Source: an uncultured Holophagales bacterium | GTDB taxonomy: Bacteria; Acidobacteriota; Thermoanaerobaculia; UBA5066 | Direction: 5' to 3' | Assembly (NCBI GenBank): GCA_964384675.1 | Contig: CAYLNK010000004.1 | Coordinates: forward strand, 1-62,318 | Length of the DNA: 62,318 nucleotides | The notes under the pieces: generated by a model | What the model was told of the DNA's origin: nothing | The model's input: the letters and a program-made list of their open reading frames with translations, nothing else | Databases searched by the model: none | Translations under genes and position numbers: made by a program | In this document: positions 9,449 through 17,748 of the stretch, piece by piece | Layout: the number at the start of each line of letters is the position of its first letter | How positions within the stretch are numbered: position 1 is the first letter of the stretch

Positions 9449-10774
9449 ATGGGCTGGCTCCTCTCCCTCCTCGTCGGCGTCCTGACGGCCATCGGCGGAT
9501 GCCTCGGCGCCGGCTTCCTCGCGTCGGTCTGCGTGGACTGGTACCGGATCTCGAGCCGCGAGGGGGGCTCCGGCTATTTCATCCTCTTCATGGGCCTCTT
9601 CGGGGCGATGGCCGGCTTCGTGGTCGGCGTGGTCGGTGCGCGGATCGTGGCGGGCCGCGCCGACGCGACGTTCCTGAAGGCGCTGGGCGTCTCGCTCGGC
9701 TCGGCGGCGGCGGTCCTTCTCGTCATCGCGGGCTTCGCCTGGCTCGGCGCCGATTTCCCGCCGACCCTCGAGGGGAAGGAGCTGGTCGTCGACGTCGAGG
9801 TGCGGATGCCGGCAGGCTTCGAGCCGCCTGCGCCGGACGCGCAGACGGCGCCGGGGTACGTCACGATCACGGCCGACGGCGGCGGCCGCCGGCAGAGCCT
9901 CGGTCCGCTCCGCTGGAAGGAGGCCCGGCAGGAGGAGGGACGCTGGATCGTCCCGGCCACGCTGGACCTCTCGACCACCGATCCGGGCAAGTCGCTCGGC
10001 GTCGACGTCGGCAAGGGGGAGACGCAGTACGCCCGGCTCCCGCTCGCCGGGCGGCCGACGAAGGCGGAGATGGTCTGGAGCCCGTGGCTGACCGGCTTCA
10101 CGAGGGGCGACCTGGCACCGGTCCCGCCCGCGGAGTCGGTGAGCGCCCGCACGCGTGTCCAGTACTTCGTCCCGCCGCCGCCCCCGACGCCGGGGCCGAC
10201 GCGGGAAGAGCTCGAGGCGAAGGAGAAGGCCGCGCTCGAGGAGTCGTTCCGGGCCCTCGCGCCGGACGCGCCCGTCGAGCAGTGGCTGGTCTTCACCCGC
10301 TACGGAGCTCCGGAGCCGATCCGGCAGGCGGCGGCCGCGGCGATCGCCGCCCGTCCGGGCGCCGTGGCCGAGCTGTCGGCGCTCATCCGCGGCACGGACG
10401 TCCACGCCGCCGACGTCGCGATGCGGGCCGTGTCGATGATGAAGCCCCCGCCGGCCGGGCTCGCGCCCGCGGTGGCGGACGTGGCCCGCGAGATCGCCGA
10501 CACGATCCGCGCGGTGAACGCCACGCCGGCGGCCGCCGACCCGTCGTACGAGAAGGCAGCCGAGCTGTCCGTCCGCTTCACCGGGTGGAGCCTCGCGGCG
10601 TGGGCGCTGCACGGACGTGACGGCGTCGACTTCCTTCCCGACATGCGCGAGCTGCTGGCGCTCGCGAGCGTGCGCACCGACAGCTACGTGATGCAGCAGG
10701 ACGTGGCCCGGGTCTGTCGCTACTACGTCAAAGAGTGGGGCGGCGAGGCGGCCCCCGCCGCGCCCGGACGCTGA
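9449..10774 (+). CDS. Hypothetical membrane protein (about 3 N-terminal TM helices, soluble beta domain, helical C-terminus)
   Basis: 441-aa ORF with coding-like composition. Hydrophobic helices in the first ~100 aa. GATAAT at 9432-9437 precedes the ATG. Confidence 0.75.
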   Translation: MGWLLSLLVGVLTAIGGCLGAGFLASVCVDWYRISSREGGSGYFILFMGLFGAMAGFVVGVVGARIVAGRADATFLKALGVSLGSAAAVLLVIAGFAWLGADFPPTLEGKELVVDVEVRMPAGFEPPAPDAQTAPGYVTITADGGGRRQSLGPLRWKEARQEEGRWIVPATLDLSTTDPGKSLGVDVGKGETQYARLPLAGRPTKAEMVWSPWLTGFTRGDLAPVPPAESVSARTRVQYFVPPPPPTPGPTREELEAKEKAALEESFRALAPDAPVEQWLVFTRYGAPEPIRQAAAAAIAARPGAVAELSALIRGTDVHAADVAMRAVSMMKPPPAGLAPAVADVAREIADTIRAVNATPAAADPSYEKAAELSVRFTGWSLAAWALHGRDGVDFLPDMRELLALASVRTDSYVMQQDVARVCRYYVKEWGGEAAPAAPGR

Positions 10775-10778
10775 CGTC

Positions 10779-13718
10779 ATGTCGGCGCGCGCCTGGACGG
10801 GCCTCTGGTGCCTCGGGCTCCTCCTCTTTCCGACGCGGGGCGGCGCGCTCGAGCCGGATCGCCGCCTGACGCAATACGACCTCCAGGCGTGGACGCACGC
10901 CGAAGGCCTGCCTCAGAGCTCGATCTTCGCCGTGCTGCCCGCGCGGGACGGCTACCTCTGGCTCGCCACGCAGCAATGTCTCGCCCGCTTCGACGGACAC
11001 CGCTTCGTCCGTTTCCGGCCCTCGAACGAGCCGGCGTTCCGGAGCGGCTTCATCACGCGGCTGGCGGAGGGCCCCGACGGCCTCTGGGTCGGCACGATCG
11101 ACGGAGTCGTGCGGCAGACCGGACGTGCCTTCCGGGGATTCGGCACGGCGGAGGGCCTCGCGAAGCCGTGGGTGCGGGCGTTGCTCGTCGACCGCAAGGG
11201 GCAGGTGTGGGTGGGCACCGACGGCGGGCTCCAGCGGCTGCAGGGAGGCCGCTTCGGTGCCCCGCTCGTCTCCGATCCGCCGGCCCGGGTGGTGGCGCTC
11301 GCCGAGGCCGAGGACGGCGCGATCTGGGCCGCCACGCCGGATCGGGTCTACCGTGTGGAGCCGGGAGGCGGACCGGCCGGGCTCGGGGTCGCCCTTCGCG
11401 TGCCCGACGGGGTCGCGGACCTGAAGCGCGATCCCCGCCCGGGAGGCGGGATCCTCGTCGTCGGCGGGTTCGGCGTGGGCCGGGTGAGAAGCCTCGCGAC
11501 CGGCTTCACGCCGATCCCGACGGGAGGCGCGGCGATCTCGTCCGTCTCCACCGTTCACGCCGACGGCTCGGGAGCGCTCTGGCTCGGCACGCAGCGCGAC
11601 GGCCTGATCCGCCTTCGCGGCGGGGAGCGCGAGGCGCTTTCCCGTGCCGGAGGGCTACCGGCGCAGACCGTGCTGGCGATCGCCGAGGATGCGGAGGGGA
11701 CGCTCTGGATCGGGCTCGACCGGGGCGGCCTCGTCCGCCTGAGCGCCGGCACCTTTCGCACCTTCGGCGCGCCCGAGGGGCTGCCCGCGGAGGCGGTCTT
11801 CTCGCTCCACGACGGTCCCTCCGGTGAGCTCTGGACGACGAGCGACCTCGGTCTCAGCCGGATCGAGCCGTCGGGGAGGGTCGAGACGTTCGGCGGCCCG
11901 ATCCCCTCGGGGACCGGCGCGTTCTCGTCGGCGCTCCACGTCGACGCGGGGGGCGACCTCGTGGTCGGCAGCTTCCGCGATGGCCTCTTCGCGGGTCGCC
12001 CGGGCTCGTTCCGGCGCCTCGTGGACGGTGCCGAGCTCCCGAGCGTGAGGTCGATCCTGCGCGATCCGGCCGGCGTCCTCTTCGTGGGCGGAGCCCGCGG
12101 GCTCTACCGGCTCGAGGCGGGACGACTGAAACGCGAGCCCTCCGTGTCGGGCGCCGTCTTCGCGCTCGAGCCCGACGGCCTGGGGGGACTGTTCGCCGCG
12201 ACGCAGGAGGGGCTCGTGGCCCTGCCGGCCGGCGGTGCCGCGCGGCGCGTTCCGGCGGAGGCCGCCGCGCAGGGGCGAATGGTGGTGAGCCTCCATCTCG
12301 ACGGGAGCGGGGCCCTCTGGGCTGGCCTCATCGGCGCCGGGCTCGGGCTCCAGGAAGGAGGGCGGCTCCGCGTTCTGCGCGAGAAGGACGGACTTCCGAG
12401 CGACAACGTCTACGGCGTCGTCGAGGACGGCCACGGGTTCCTCTACCTGAGCGGAGATCAGGGAGTGTTCCGGCTCGCGCGGGCCGAGGCGATGGCGTTC
12501 TTCCGCGGCGCGGCCCGGACCGTCCAGGGAGAGCTGTTCGCGCGCACCGACGGGCTCCGGAACCCGGAGTGCATGGGGGGCGTTCAGCCGGCGGCGTTCC
12601 GCGCGCGCGACGGTCGCCTCTGGTTCGCGACCCTCGCCGGCGCCGCCGTGATCGACCCCTCGAAGCGCGCGGCTCCACCCCGCTCGCCCCGCGTGGTCGT
12701 GGAGGAGGCGCGCGTCGACGGGCACCCGTACCCGCCCGACACCGCGGTGGTGGCTCCGCCCGGCGGCGGGCGGCTCGAGATCGCGTACGCGGGTCTGAGT
12801 CTCCTCGCCCCCGAACGGGTCCGGTACCGCCACCGGCTGCTGGGATTCGACCCCGAGTGGCGGGACGCGGGCGACCGGCGCGAGGCGTTCTACACGAACC
12901 TGCCGCCGGGCCGGTACCGCTTCGAGGTGGGCGCCCGGCTCGGAAACGGCGCGTGGAGCGGCGAGGCGGCGAGCCTCGAGCTCGTCCTCCGGCCGCGGCT
13001 CTACCAGACGCGCGGCTTCCTCGCGCTCGCGCTCGTCTCCGGCGGCCTCGCGGTGCTGGCCGCCCACAGCTGGCGGACGCTCGCCCTGCGGCGCCGGCAG
13101 TCGGAGCTGGAGCGTGTGGTCGAGGAGCGGACGCGAGAGCTGCGGGCCGCCAACGAACGCCTGGGAGAGGTGAACGTCCAGCTCGGGGAGGCGAACCGGT
13201 CGCTCGAGCGGCTCTCGCAGGTGGACGGTCTCACCGGGCTCGCGAACCGCCGCCGCTTCGACGAGCGGCTCGACGCCGAGTGGCGGCGCGCCCAGCGCTC
13301 GGGCGAGCCGCTGGCGCTGGCGCTCTTCGACGTCGACCACTTCAAGGCGTACAACGACGGCCTCGGCCACCCGGCCGGCGACGCGTGCCTGAGGAGCGTG
13401 GCCGGTGTCTTCCTCGAGGGGGTCAAGCGTCCCGCGGACCTGGCGGCGCGTTACGGCGGCGAGGAGTTCGTCGTGCTCCTTCCCGGTCTCGGGCCCGACG
13501 AGGCGGCGGTGTTCGTGGAGGCCCTCCGAGGGCGGGTGGAATCGCTGGCGCTCCCCCACGTGTCGTCATCCGTGGGGCCGCACGTCACGGTGAGCGCCGG
13601 CGTCGCGTCCACGCGGCCGAAGGAGGGGGGGACGCCGGACGCGCTCCTCGCCGCGGCCGACGCCGCGCTCTACGAGGCGAAGAGGAGGGGACGGAACCGG
13701 ACGGCTCGGGCCGTGTGA
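10779..13718 (+). CDS. Diguanylate cyclase with periplasmic Reg_prop beta-propellers + Y_Y_Y domain, TM helix, coiled coil, GGDEF
   Basis: GLPQSSIFAVL / GLPSDNVYGVVED propeller repeats; AFYTNLPPGRYRFEV (Y_Y_Y); DGLTGLANRRRF, DVDHFKAYND, RPAD I-site, RYGGEEF active site. Confidence 0.95.
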   Translation: MSARAWTGLWCLGLLLFPTRGGALEPDRRLTQYDLQAWTHAEGLPQSSIFAVLPARDGYLWLATQQCLARFDGHRFVRFRPSNEPAFRSGFITRLAEGPDGLWVGTIDGVVRQTGRAFRGFGTAEGLAKPWVRALLVDRKGQVWVGTDGGLQRLQGGRFGAPLVSDPPARVVALAEAEDGAIWAATPDRVYRVEPGGGPAGLGVALRVPDGVADLKRDPRPGGGILVVGGFGVGRVRSLATGFTPIPTGGAAISSVSTVHADGSGALWLGTQRDGLIRLRGGEREALSRAGGLPAQTVLAIAEDAEGTLWIGLDRGGLVRLSAGTFRTFGAPEGLPAEAVFSLHDGPSGELWTTSDLGLSRIEPSGRVETFGGPIPSGTGAFSSALHVDAGGDLVVGSFRDGLFAGRPGSFRRLVDGAELPSVRSILRDPAGVLFVGGARGLYRLEAGRLKREPSVSGAVFALEPDGLGGLFAATQEGLVALPAGGAARRVPAEAAAQGRMVVSLHLDGSGALWAGLIGAGLGLQEGGRLRVLREKDGLPSDNVYGVVEDGHGFLYLSGDQGVFRLARAEAMAFFRGAARTVQGELFARTDGLRNPECMGGVQPAAFRARDGRLWFATLAGAAVIDPSKRAAPPRSPRVVVEEARVDGHPYPPDTAVVAPPGGGRLEIAYAGLSLLAPERVRYRHRLLGFDPEWRDAGDRREAFYTNLPPGRYRFEVGARLGNGAWSGEAASLELVLRPRLYQTRGFLALALVSGGLAVLAAHSWRTLALRRRQSELERVVEERTRELRAANERLGEVNVQLGEANRSLERLSQVDGLTGLANRRRFDERLDAEWRRAQRSGEPLALALFDVDHFKAYNDGLGHPAGDACLRSVAGVFLEGVKRPADLAARYGGEEFVVLLPGLGPDEAAVFVEALRGRVESLALPHVSSSVGPHVTVSAGVASTRPKEGGTPDALLAAADAALYEAKRRGRNRTARAV

Positions 13719-13785
13719 GGCGGGGTTCCGGGTCCGGTCCTTGACCCGTCCGGGGAGCGGGCGAGATCATGCCGCTCACTCCCGG

Positions 13786-16365
13786 ATGAAGCAGTCCCGA
13801 CACCCGGTCCTGGCCGCCGCCATCCTCCTGGCGTCGATGCGGGGCGCGACGGCGCTCTACGCCGACGTCGCGGGACCGTTCACGTACCTCGGCCCGTCGG
13901 GCCTGGGCGGCCGCGTTCACTCGATCGTCTTCCATCCGTCGGATCCGAACGCCGGATGGTTCGCCGCGCTCGGCGGCGGCGTCTTCAAGACGACGAACGG
14001 CGGGGCATCCTGGTTCCCGGTCGGGGACGGAATGACGAACCTCTTCGTCACGACGCTCGTCGTCGACCCCGCCAACCCGTCGATCCTCTACGCGGGCACG
14101 GGGGAGGGGCACGGCGGGATCGACGAGATCCCGGGAGACGGCATCCACCGGTCGACGGACGGCGGCCTCACCTGGACCCACCTGGCCGCCACGGACACCG
14201 TCGATTTCCAGGCGACGAACGAGCTGGCGCTCAACCCGGCCCAGCCGACACACCTCTATGCGGCGACGCGGCGCGGGGTCTTCCGCTCGACGGACTCGGG
14301 GACGTCGTGGACCGGCCTCTACACCACGTCCGTCAACGACCCGGGGAAGCCGGACTGCCGAGACATCGCCGTCAAGCCGGGCTCGGCCGGCGCCGACGTC
14401 GTCCTCGCGAGCTGCCTGGCGGATCACGTCATCGTGCGCAACCCGGATGCGGCCGGCGCGGGCGCGTTCACCGTCGTCAAGACGGAGGCCCAGCTCGGGA
14501 AGGCCAACCTCGCGTTCGCGCCGTCGAGCTCGAACCTCGTCTACGCGCTCGCGTCCAAGCCCGGGACCCTCGGCAACCAGGTCCAGGTCGAGATGCTGGC
14601 GCTCTTCAAGTCGACCGACGCCGGAGCCACCTGGAGCGACGTGGTGAGGCAGGACGGCAACTACTCGCTGCTTCGAAACCTTCTCCTCTCCTCCAGCTAC
14701 ACGAGCGCGGGCTGTGCCGGCGCGCCCTACATCATCGGCGAGGGGAACCTCAAGAACGCGTTCGCGGTCGACCCCGTCGACCCGAATCGACTCTACGCGG
14801 GCGGCGAGGACTTCTACCGCTCCACGGACGGGGGCCTCACCTGGGGCCTGGCCGCGTCGGGAGTGTTCGGGAGCATGCGGAGCGGGCACTTCGCCATCGC
14901 GTTCCCGGCGGGCTACGACGGGATCGGCTCCCAGACGATGTGGGTCGCGAACGACACCGGCCTCTACAAGACGACCAATGCCGTCTCGGGCACGCTCTCC
15001 ACCAACCCGTGCGCCTTCCCGACCGGCACGATCACCTTCTCGCGGCAGAACGTGGGGCACGCGGCGGCCCAGCTCCTGGACGGGGCGGTGGCGCCCGGAG
15101 GCGCCACCTACTACGGCGGGAGCGTGGGCTTCGACGTGGTGAAGGGAACGGAGGCCGGCGGGCCGACCGGCTGGACGTCTCTGGACACGAGCCTGGGAAA
15201 CCCACGGAGCTGCGTACTGGTGGACCCGTCGAGCACGAGCGTCCTCTACCGCGGCGGATTCAACCAGGGGCTCGGCAAGTCGACGAACGGCGGGACCTCC
15301 TGGGCCGCTGCCGACTCGGGTCAGACGGGCCTCGGCGCCTACCGGTCCAACACGGTCTTTCATCCGACCGATTCGTCGAAGCTCATGACCGGGCGGGAGC
15401 AGATGTTCCGGACGACCAACGGCGGCGCGAGCTGGACCGCCGCCAGCACGGCGCTCGGCTCGAACCGGACGATGCTCCGCATCGCGATCGCCCCCTCGAA
15501 CCCCGACCGCGTGGCGGCCACCGCGTTCCTGAACACGGCACCCGCGCCGCTGCTCCGCCTCTTCACGACGACCACCGGAACGACCTCCGGCCCCGCCACC
15601 GTCTGGACGGAGCGCACACCCGGCGGAGAGTCCCGGTACGGACACGCGCTGGCCTTCGACCCCGCGAACCCCGACATCCTCTGGATTCACCGGACGACGG
15701 GAGGGCGCGTCTCGAAGAGCACCGACTTCGGGGCGACGTGGACGGCCCGGGCGAACGGCCTGCCGGACGAGGACGTCACGGCGATCCTGGTCGATCCCGT
15801 GGTCCCGGGCCGGCTCTTCGCCGGCACGAACGAGGGGCTCTACGCGACGACCGACGGCGGCGGCTCCTGGGCGCGGGAGACGGGGATCCCGCGCGCGTCG
15901 ATCTCGCGTCTCGTGCTGGATGGCCGGAAGCTCTACGCCTTCACGCTCGGGCGCGGCGCCTGGCGGGCGGCTCTCGACGTGGTGGGCTCGCGCTTCAACA
16001 CGGTGACGCCGTGCCGCGTCCTCGACACCCGCAACGCGAACGGTCCGTTCGGGGGGCCCGCCCTCGCGCCGATGGAGACGCGGTCGATCCCGGTCTCGTC
16101 GTCCGCCTGCGGGATCCCGTCGAACGCCACCTCGATCGCCGTCAACATGACGGTGGTGAGCCCGACCGCGGCCGGTTACCTGACCGTCTTCGCCGGAGAC
16201 GGCGCGATGCCGGCGACCTCGAGCCTCAACTTCACCCCCGGGGCGACCCGGGCCAACAACGCCGTGACGCCGTTCGCGTCGAACGGGTCGGGCACGGTGA
16301 GGGTCTTCAACGGATCGACCGGGACGTCGCACGTCATCCTGGACGTCTCCGGCTACTTCCAGTAG
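13786..16365 (+). CDS. Secreted BNR/Asp-box (sortilin/GH74-like) beta-propeller protein with C-terminal TPCRxxDTR...DVSGYF domain
   Basis: Repeated Asp-boxes (KTTNGGASW, RSTDGGLTW, KSTDAGATW, KSTDFGATW). Signal peptide MKQSRHPVLAAAILLA. C-terminal FNTVTPCRVLDTR...VILDVSGYFQ. Confidence 0.85.
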   Translation: MKQSRHPVLAAAILLASMRGATALYADVAGPFTYLGPSGLGGRVHSIVFHPSDPNAGWFAALGGGVFKTTNGGASWFPVGDGMTNLFVTTLVVDPANPSILYAGTGEGHGGIDEIPGDGIHRSTDGGLTWTHLAATDTVDFQATNELALNPAQPTHLYAATRRGVFRSTDSGTSWTGLYTTSVNDPGKPDCRDIAVKPGSAGADVVLASCLADHVIVRNPDAAGAGAFTVVKTEAQLGKANLAFAPSSSNLVYALASKPGTLGNQVQVEMLALFKSTDAGATWSDVVRQDGNYSLLRNLLLSSSYTSAGCAGAPYIIGEGNLKNAFAVDPVDPNRLYAGGEDFYRSTDGGLTWGLAASGVFGSMRSGHFAIAFPAGYDGIGSQTMWVANDTGLYKTTNAVSGTLSTNPCAFPTGTITFSRQNVGHAAAQLLDGAVAPGGATYYGGSVGFDVVKGTEAGGPTGWTSLDTSLGNPRSCVLVDPSSTSVLYRGGFNQGLGKSTNGGTSWAAADSGQTGLGAYRSNTVFHPTDSSKLMTGREQMFRTTNGGASWTAASTALGSNRTMLRIAIAPSNPDRVAATAFLNTAPAPLLRLFTTTTGTTSGPATVWTERTPGGESRYGHALAFDPANPDILWIHRTTGGRVSKSTDFGATWTARANGLPDEDVTAILVDPVVPGRLFAGTNEGLYATTDGGGSWARETGIPRASISRLVLDGRKLYAFTLGRGAWRAALDVVGSRFNTVTPCRVLDTRNANGPFGGPALAPMETRSIPVSSSACGIPSNATSIAVNMTVVSPTAAGYLTVFAGDGAMPATSSLNFTPGATRANNAVTPFASNGSGTVRVFNGSTGTSHVILDVSGYFQ

Positions 16366-16401
16366 GCGCCTGTCGGCTCGCTCGCGGCGGATAATCGCCT
16401 C

Positions 16402-17736
16402 ATGAGCGAGAACGTCTCCGAACGGACCGCCCGTTACACCTACGGCACCTGGCGCTTCCAGAAGGGCTGGAAGCCCCTCCACGTCACGCGCGCCGAGGGC
16501 TGCTACTTCTGGGACGCGGCCGGGAAGCGCTACCTCGACCTCTCCGCCCAGCTGATGTGCGTGAACCTGGGGCACCAGAACCCCGCGGTGGTGGAAGCGA
16601 TCTGCGCCCAGGCGCGCTCGCTCTCCTTCATCAGCCCGTCGCACGCCTGCGACGTGCGCGCGGACCTCGCCGAGAAGCTCCTCGGGGTCGTCCCGGCGGG
16701 GCTCGAGAAGTTCTTCTTCACGACGTCCGGCACCGAGGCGAACGAGGCGGCCATCAAGATCGCGCGGATGGTCACCGGGAAGCACAAGATCGTCGCGCGC
16801 TACACCTCGTACCACGGCTCGACGGCGGGCTCCATCGCCGCCACCGGGGACATGCGGCGCTGGTACGCGGAGCCGGCCGGGAAGATCCCGGGAGTCATCT
16901 TCGGGCCGGAGGTGAGCTGCTACCGCTGCCCGCTCGGCCGCACGTATCCGGAGTGCGACGTCGCGTGCGCGGACTACCTGGCGTACATGATCGACCACGA
17001 GGAGAACGTCGCCGCGGTGATCATCGAGCCAGTCGTCGGGACGAATGGCGTCCTGGTGCCGCCGAAGGAGTACCTGCCGCGCCTCGCCGAGCTCGCCAAG
17101 CGCCGCGGCGTCCTCCTGATCGCCGACGAGGTGATGTCGGGCTGGGGCCGCACCGGCGCCTGGTTCGCGGTCGACCACTGGGGCGTGAAGCCGGACATCC
17201 TGACGACCGCCAAGGGGATCACCGGCGCGCTCGCGCCGCTCGGCCTCGTCGCGACGACGAAGGCGGTGGCCGACCACTTCGACGACCACTTCTTCGCGCA
17301 CGGCCACACGTACGAAGCGCACCCCCTGACGCTCGCCCCCGCGATCGCCGCGATCGACGAGTACCGGCGGCTCGACCTGATCGAGGGGACGAAGCGGATG
17401 GGCGAGGTCTTCGGCCCGAAGCTCCGGGCGATGGCGGCCCGGCACCCGTCGGTCGGCGAGGTGCGCGGGATGGGTCTCTTCTGGGCGCTCGACCTCGTGA
17501 AGGACCGCGCCACGCGCGAGCCGTTCAACACGCCGCAGGACAAGGCGGCGCGCAAGCCGCTCGTCGTCGACGCGGTGACGGCGGACGCGATGTCGCGCGG
17601 CGTCTCGGTGCTCGGCTGGGTGAGCCACCTCGTGATCGCGCCGCCGCTGGTCGTGACGGAGGAGCAGCTCGACGAGGCGCTCGCCGTCCTCGATGCCTCG
17701 CTCACGCTGGCCGACGCGCAGGTGAATCCGGCCTGA
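16402..17736 (+). CDS. Class III PLP-dependent aminotransferase (omega-amino acid / taurine-pyruvate type)
   Basis: GKRYLDLS, SGTEANE, SYHG, LIADEVMSGWGRTG, TTAKGIT (PLP Lys), GHTY. Confidence 0.92.
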   Translation: MSENVSERTARYTYGTWRFQKGWKPLHVTRAEGCYFWDAAGKRYLDLSAQLMCVNLGHQNPAVVEAICAQARSLSFISPSHACDVRADLAEKLLGVVPAGLEKFFFTTSGTEANEAAIKIARMVTGKHKIVARYTSYHGSTAGSIAATGDMRRWYAEPAGKIPGVIFGPEVSCYRCPLGRTYPECDVACADYLAYMIDHEENVAAVIIEPVVGTNGVLVPPKEYLPRLAELAKRRGVLLIADEVMSGWGRTGAWFAVDHWGVKPDILTTAKGITGALAPLGLVATTKAVADHFDDHFFAHGHTYEAHPLTLAPAIAAIDEYRRLDLIEGTKRMGEVFGPKLRAMAARHPSVGEVRGMGLFWALDLVKDRATREPFNTPQDKAARKPLVVDAVTADAMSRGVSVLGWVSHLVIAPPLVVTEEQLDEALAVLDASLTLADAQVNPA

Positions 17737-17748
17737 GGCGCGGCGCGC

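Noticed and set aside
13585-17628. 1347-aa minus-strand ORF (and similar long ORFs such as 41136..45827 +, 58737..61922 +, 40780..43413 -)
   Set aside because: Antisense or off-frame shadows of well-supported genes; stop-poor frames are expected at this GC content and no motifs are present.
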